From: Candidatus Eiseniibacteriota bacterium
Lineage (GTDB): Bacteria; Eisenbacteria; RBG-16-71-46
Direction: 5' to 3'
Length of the DNA: 64,000 bases
Assembly (NCBI GenBank): GCA_963717935.1
Contig: CAVQXP010000004.1
Coordinates: forward strand, 1,536,001 to 1,600,000
The translations under genes were made by a program, and so were the position numbers. This document shows, piece by piece, positions 59,763 through 64,000 of the stretch (position 1 is its first letter; each line of letters starts with the position of its first letter). The notes beneath the pieces are model-generated. The model made no database searches, was not told the DNA's origin, and was given only the letters and a program-made list of their open reading frames with translations.

Positions 59763-62528
59763 ATGACCTACTCCGTCCCGCCCGTCACGCCCGTCACGCC
59801 GCGCCTGCGGCCCTCGTGGAGACTCGCGTTCGTCGTGGCCGGCGTCCTCCTGCTGGTCGCGCTCCTGCGTGGACTGCCGGCGTTCGCGATCGACTACCTG
59901 TGGTTCCGCGAGGTGGACTACCTGGGGGTCTTCCTCACCCGGCTGTGGACGCAGGTGGGGATGCAGTTCCTGTTCGGCGGCGCGTTCTTCCTGTTCTTCC
60001 TCGCCAACGTGCTGTTGGCGCTCCGCCGGCTGCCGCCGAACCTCATGGTGCTCCACGAGATGCGCGAACTGGTGCCGGCGGTCGAGCAGTTCCGGCCGGC
60101 GCTGCGGGCGCTGGCCGCGGGCGCCGGGCTGCTGGTCGCCATGCTGGTGGCGAGCTGGGGCCAGGGCCAGTGGCTCTCGTGGCTCCAGTTCCGGAACGCC
60201 GAGAGCTTCGGGTTCGCCGATCCGGTCTTCCATCGCGACATCGGCTTCTACGTCTTCCGGCTGCCGTTCCTCGTGACCGTGGTCGGCTTCGTCCGTTTCA
60301 CCCTCATCTTCACCGCGCTCGCCACGGCCGCCGCGTACTTCCTGCAGGGGCAGTTCTGGCTGCGGCCGGGACTGTTCGCGATCACCGCCGCGGCGCGGCG
60401 CCACGTGATGCTGCTCATCGCCGGCGTGATGCTGGTCGTCGCGGCGGGCGACGTCCTCGCGCGCTACGGACTGCTCTACAGCACGCGCGGGTTGGTGTCG
60501 GGCGCGGGCTACACGGACCTCCATGCCGTTCTCCCCGGCCTCATGATCTCGGCCGTGGTCGCCGCGCTCGCCGGCATCGTCGTCGTCGTGGAGAGCTTCC
60601 GTCGTTCGTTCCTGAAGGTGACGGGCCTGGCGGTCGCGGCGATGGTGGTCGTGCACGTCGTGCTCATCCAGCTCTGGCCGTTCGCGCTCCAGCGGCTGGT
60701 CGTGACGCCGAACGAGCTCGAGCGCGAACGCCCCTACATCGAGCGGGAGATCGCGGCGACGGTCCGCGCGTTCGGGCTCGATGACGTGCAGGAGGGACGC
60801 TTCCCGGCGACGCCGACGCTCTCGGCCGCGCAGGTGGCGGCGAACCACGCGACCATCGACAACGTGCGCTTGTGGGAGACGGAGCCCCTCAAGCGCACCA
60901 ACCGGCAGCTCCAGGAGATTCGCACCTACTACGACTTCGTGGACGTGGACAACGACCGCTACGTGCTGGACGGAGAGCTGCGCCAGGTGGCGCTCTCCAC
61001 GCGCGAGCTCAATTCGGGCTCCCTGCCGGCGCGGATCTGGATCAACGAGCATCTGACCTACACGCACGGCTACGGCGTGTGCATCGCGCCGGTGAACCAC
61101 ATCTCGCCGGAGGGGCTGCCCGAGTACTTCGTGAAGGACATCCCCCCGGTGGCCTCCGTGCCCGAGCTCGAGATCACGCGTCCGGAGATCTACTACGGCG
61201 AGCTGGCCGCGCGGTACTCCTTCGTGTCCACCCGCGCGCGGGAGTTCGACTACCCGGCGGGGGAGGAGAACGCCTACACGTCCTATACCGGGAAGGGCGG
61301 CATCCGAGTGGGCGGCTTCGGCGGCCGGCTGCTGTTCGCGCTCCACTTCGCCGAGCCCAAGATCGTGCTCTCGACCGACCTGGTCCCCGACAGCCGCGTA
61401 CTGCTGCACCGCACCGTGCGCGAGCGCGTCATGAAGATCGCGCCGTTCGTGATGTGGGACCGCGATCCCTACATCATCGTGCGCCGCGACGGGACGCTCA
61501 CCTGGATGCTCGACGGCTACACGACGACCGACCGCATCCCCTACTCGGCGCCCGTTCCCGAAGGCGGCAACTACGTGCGCAACCCGGTCAAGGCGACGGT
61601 GGATGCCTACGAGGGCACGGTCACCCTCTGGACGGTCTCGTCGGACGACCCGCTGCTGCGCACCTACGCCCGCATCTTCCCGGGCACGTTCGCGCCCTTC
61701 GATTCCATGCCGGAGGACCTGCGCGCGCACATGCGCTATCCGGAGGCCCTGGTCGCGGTGCAGGCCCAGGTCTACGCCACCTACCACATGAACGACCCGC
61801 AGGTGTTCTACAACAAGGAGGACCTGTGGCGGGTGGCGCGGCGCGAGGACGGCTCGAGCATGGCGCCGTACTACACCGTGATGAAGCTGGCCGGCGTGGG
61901 CGAGAAGGAGGAGTTCATCCTCATGCTCCCGTTCACGCCCGCGCGCAAGGAGAACATGATCGCGTGGATGAGCGCGCGCTGCGATCCGCCGAACTACGGC
62001 AAGCTCCTGGTCTACAGCTTCCCCAAGCAGCGCCTGGTCTACGGCCCCGAGCAGATCGAGTCGCGCATCAACCAGGACACCGACATCTCGAAGGAGCTGA
62101 CGCTCTGGAACCAGCAGGGCTCGAAGGTGATCCGCGGCAACCTGCTGGTGGTGCCGGTGGACTCCTCGCTCATCTACTTCCAGCCGCTCTACCTGCAGGC
62201 GCAGAGCCAGGCCGGGCTGCCCGAACTGAAGCGGATCCTGGTGGCCTGCGGTGACCGCATCGCCATGGCGACCACCATGTCCGGGGCCCTGACGCGCGTC
62301 TTCGGCGCGGGGGCGGACGAGGGGATCACGACCACGATGGCGGCCGCGCCGGCCGATCGTGGGGCGGCTGCGGGGACCACGGACGAGGCGGCCGAGCGGC
62401 TGCGGCAGGCCGGGGAGATCTACGAGCGCGCCCAGGCGGCGCTGCGCCGCGGGGACTTCCAGGGCTACGCGCGCGAGATCGAGGAACTGGGGCGGCTGCT
62501 GAAGCGCGCGAGCGGGGGTTCGCCATAG
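59763..62528 (+). CDS. UPF0182 family membrane protein
   Basis: YLWF, DPVFHRDIGFYVF, NVRLW, HLTYTHGYG, NYVRN.VKATVDAY.G and GSKVIRGNLL motifs. Confidence 0.92.
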   Translation: MTYSVPPVTPVTPRLRPSWRLAFVVAGVLLLVALLRGLPAFAIDYLWFREVDYLGVFLTRLWTQVGMQFLFGGAFFLFFLANVLLALRRLPPNLMVLHEMRELVPAVEQFRPALRALAAGAGLLVAMLVASWGQGQWLSWLQFRNAESFGFADPVFHRDIGFYVFRLPFLVTVVGFVRFTLIFTALATAAAYFLQGQFWLRPGLFAITAAARRHVMLLIAGVMLVVAAGDVLARYGLLYSTRGLVSGAGYTDLHAVLPGLMISAVVAALAGIVVVVESFRRSFLKVTGLAVAAMVVVHVVLIQLWPFALQRLVVTPNELERERPYIEREIAATVRAFGLDDVQEGRFPATPTLSAAQVAANHATIDNVRLWETEPLKRTNRQLQEIRTYYDFVDVDNDRYVLDGELRQVALSTRELNSGSLPARIWINEHLTYTHGYGVCIAPVNHISPEGLPEYFVKDIPPVASVPELEITRPEIYYGELAARYSFVSTRAREFDYPAGEENAYTSYTGKGGIRVGGFGGRLLFALHFAEPKIVLSTDLVPDSRVLLHRTVRERVMKIAPFVMWDRDPYIIVRRDGTLTWMLDGYTTTDRIPYSAPVPEGGNYVRNPVKATVDAYEGTVTLWTVSSDDPLLRTYARIFPGTFAPFDSMPEDLRAHMRYPEALVAVQAQVYATYHMNDPQVFYNKEDLWRVARREDGSSMAPYYTVMKLAGVGEKEEFILMLPFTPARKENMIAWMSARCDPPNYGKLLVYSFPKQRLVYGPEQIESRINQDTDISKELTLWNQQGSKVIRGNLLVVPVDSSLIYFQPLYLQAQSQAGLPELKRILVACGDRIAMATTMSGALTRVFGAGADEGITTTMAAAPADRGAAAGTTDEAAERLRQAGEIYERAQAALRRGDFQGYAREIEELGRLLKRASGGSP

Positions 62529-62694
62529 GACCGGGCCGCGAGGTCCGGTACTTCCTCGACGACTGGCATCGCTTCGTCGTCGGGGGCCACGACCGGGCGA
62601 CTCCCTGCCCGGATTCCTTCCCGGGGATCGCGGGGTGCCGGGGCGTCCCGCGGCTCGCGGGGGCCGCGCGCCGCCCATCGAGGGAGTGCGCCGC

Positions 62695-63990
62695 ATGACG
62701 CGATCCGGCAGGAAGCCGCTGGCGGCGGCCATCCCGGTGCTCCTCGTCATCGGGGTCTCGCTCTACCTGGTCCTGTCCCACGGTCCTGGTCCGACATCGC
62801 CCGATGTCGAGCCGGCGGACCTGCGTGCCGGCCCGCTGCGCGAGGTCGTGCTCGACACGCTGGGCCGTGGCATGTCGCTCGCCGAGATGATGGCGGCCAA
62901 CGGTCTCGCCGCGCCGCAGATCCACGAGATCACGCAGGTCGTCAGGGACTTCAAGAGACCGCGCACCCTGCGCCCGGGGGTCGTGGCGCGTTTCTCGAGC
63001 GAGGCGGGCGAGAGCCCGGACCGCGTCCACCTCCAGTTGAACCCGGACACGATCCTGCATCTGGTCTCCTCGGACTCCGGCTGGGCGGCCCGCCTGGAGG
63101 TCGTTCCTCTCGTGATCGACACGGTGCGGCTCTCCGGCGTGATCGAGTCGAGCCTGTGGCTCGCGCGGCTCGGCGGGGACGTGGACCGGCTCGAAGAAGG
63201 CGGCTTCAAGGAGTTCGTGTACGACCTGGCGGACGTCTTCGCGTGGAAGATCGACTTCACGCGAGACATCCAGAAGGGAGACGGCTTCCGCGTCGCATTC
63301 GAGCGCGAAGTGCGGCCGGACGGCTCGGTGCGGAGCCGGCGCTTCCTCGCCATCGAGCTCCGCAATCGCGACCGCTCGTTCATCGCCATCCCCTACACGC
63401 GGCCCGGGGGGCGCGTCGCCTACTTCGATGCCGCTGGCGCGGCGTTGCGCGGCGCGTTCCTCCGCTATCCGGTGCCCTACCGGATCACCAGCGGGTTCAC
63501 GAGGCGGCGCTATCACCCCGTCCTGAAGCGCTATCGGCCGCATCAGGGGATCGACTATGGAGCGCCGCGCGGGACGCGTGTGCAGGCCACCGGCTCCGGG
63601 ACGGTGACGCGGGCGGGGACGTGGGGAGACTACGGCCGGGTCGTGGAGCTCCGTCACGCCGGCGGCATCCGCACGCGCTACGCGCACCTGAGCGCCATCG
63701 CGCCCGGCGTGAGCCCGGGCAGACACGTCGAACAGGGCCAGTTCATCGGCAGGGTCGGCGCCACCGGGCTCGCCTCCGGCACGCATCTGCACTACGAGTT
63801 CCTCCAGCACGGCAGGCACCGGAACCCGCTGACGGTCAGTCTCCCCACGGTCGCCCCCCTGGAGGGGAAGTTCCTGGAGGAGTTCCGTCGCGTGCGCGAC
63901 GGGGGGTTGGCGCTCCTCGACGGCCTTGCCATCCCATCGGCTCCGGCGCTCGCCGCGGCCGCGGCTCCGGGGGGCTCGGCCACGCGCTGA
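62695..63990 (+). CDS. M23 family peptidoglycan endopeptidase (MepM-like)
   Basis: N-terminal TM; HQGIDYG, TRYAHL and GTHLHYE motifs. Confidence 0.92.
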   Translation: MTRSGRKPLAAAIPVLLVIGVSLYLVLSHGPGPTSPDVEPADLRAGPLREVVLDTLGRGMSLAEMMAANGLAAPQIHEITQVVRDFKRPRTLRPGVVARFSSEAGESPDRVHLQLNPDTILHLVSSDSGWAARLEVVPLVIDTVRLSGVIESSLWLARLGGDVDRLEEGGFKEFVYDLADVFAWKIDFTRDIQKGDGFRVAFEREVRPDGSVRSRRFLAIELRNRDRSFIAIPYTRPGGRVAYFDAAGAALRGAFLRYPVPYRITSGFTRRRYHPVLKRYRPHQGIDYGAPRGTRVQATGSGTVTRAGTWGDYGRVVELRHAGGIRTRYAHLSAIAPGVSPGRHVEQGQFIGRVGATGLASGTHLHYEFLQHGRHRNPLTVSLPTVAPLEGKFLEEFRRVRDGGLALLDGLAIPSAPALAAAAAPGGSATR

Positions 63991-64000
63991 GGTCGAAGCC

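Noticed and set aside
59304..62750. 1148-aa minus-strand ORF
   Set aside because: Antisense shadow of the UPF0182 gene

Overview
Very GC-rich bacterial chromosomal window. A secreted nuclease with a FlgD/T9SS-like C-terminal domain hints at an FCB-group lineage (inference only). It is mostly housekeeping and anaerobic metabolism: icd, gltA, tldD/tldE, thrC, split class I fumarase, trpB2, csp, CzcCBA-type and MacAB-type exporters, a polysulfide/thiosulfate reductase operon with YeeE/YedE and rhodanese genes, a selenium-dependent molybdenum hydroxylase cluster (ygfM-xdhD-ssnA-mocA-yqeB-yqeC like), tRNA-Cys, MscS, UPF0182 and an M23 peptidase. Many genes are broken by small indels that look like sequencing or assembly errors. 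Most notable: (1) a four-gene atypical chaperone-usher-like pilus cassette (9.76-14.24 kb) bracketed by a 22-bp direct repeat of a terminator-like hairpin; (2) an integrase-less 1.7-kb single-gene islet flanked by a 29-bp duplication of the tRNA-Cys 3' end; (3) a Cys/His-rich leader ORF ending IFHPPR ahead of the metal efflux pump; (4) a complete Trp attenuator ahead of trpB2; (5) TldD with a Tat-like signal; (6) a rhodanese-fold protein lacking its active-site Cys but ending in KKKKEGC; (7) a dispersed palindromic element in two copies; (8) an in-frame 105-bp tandem duplication in the FAD subunit. All family assignments are from motif recognition by eye; no searches were run.
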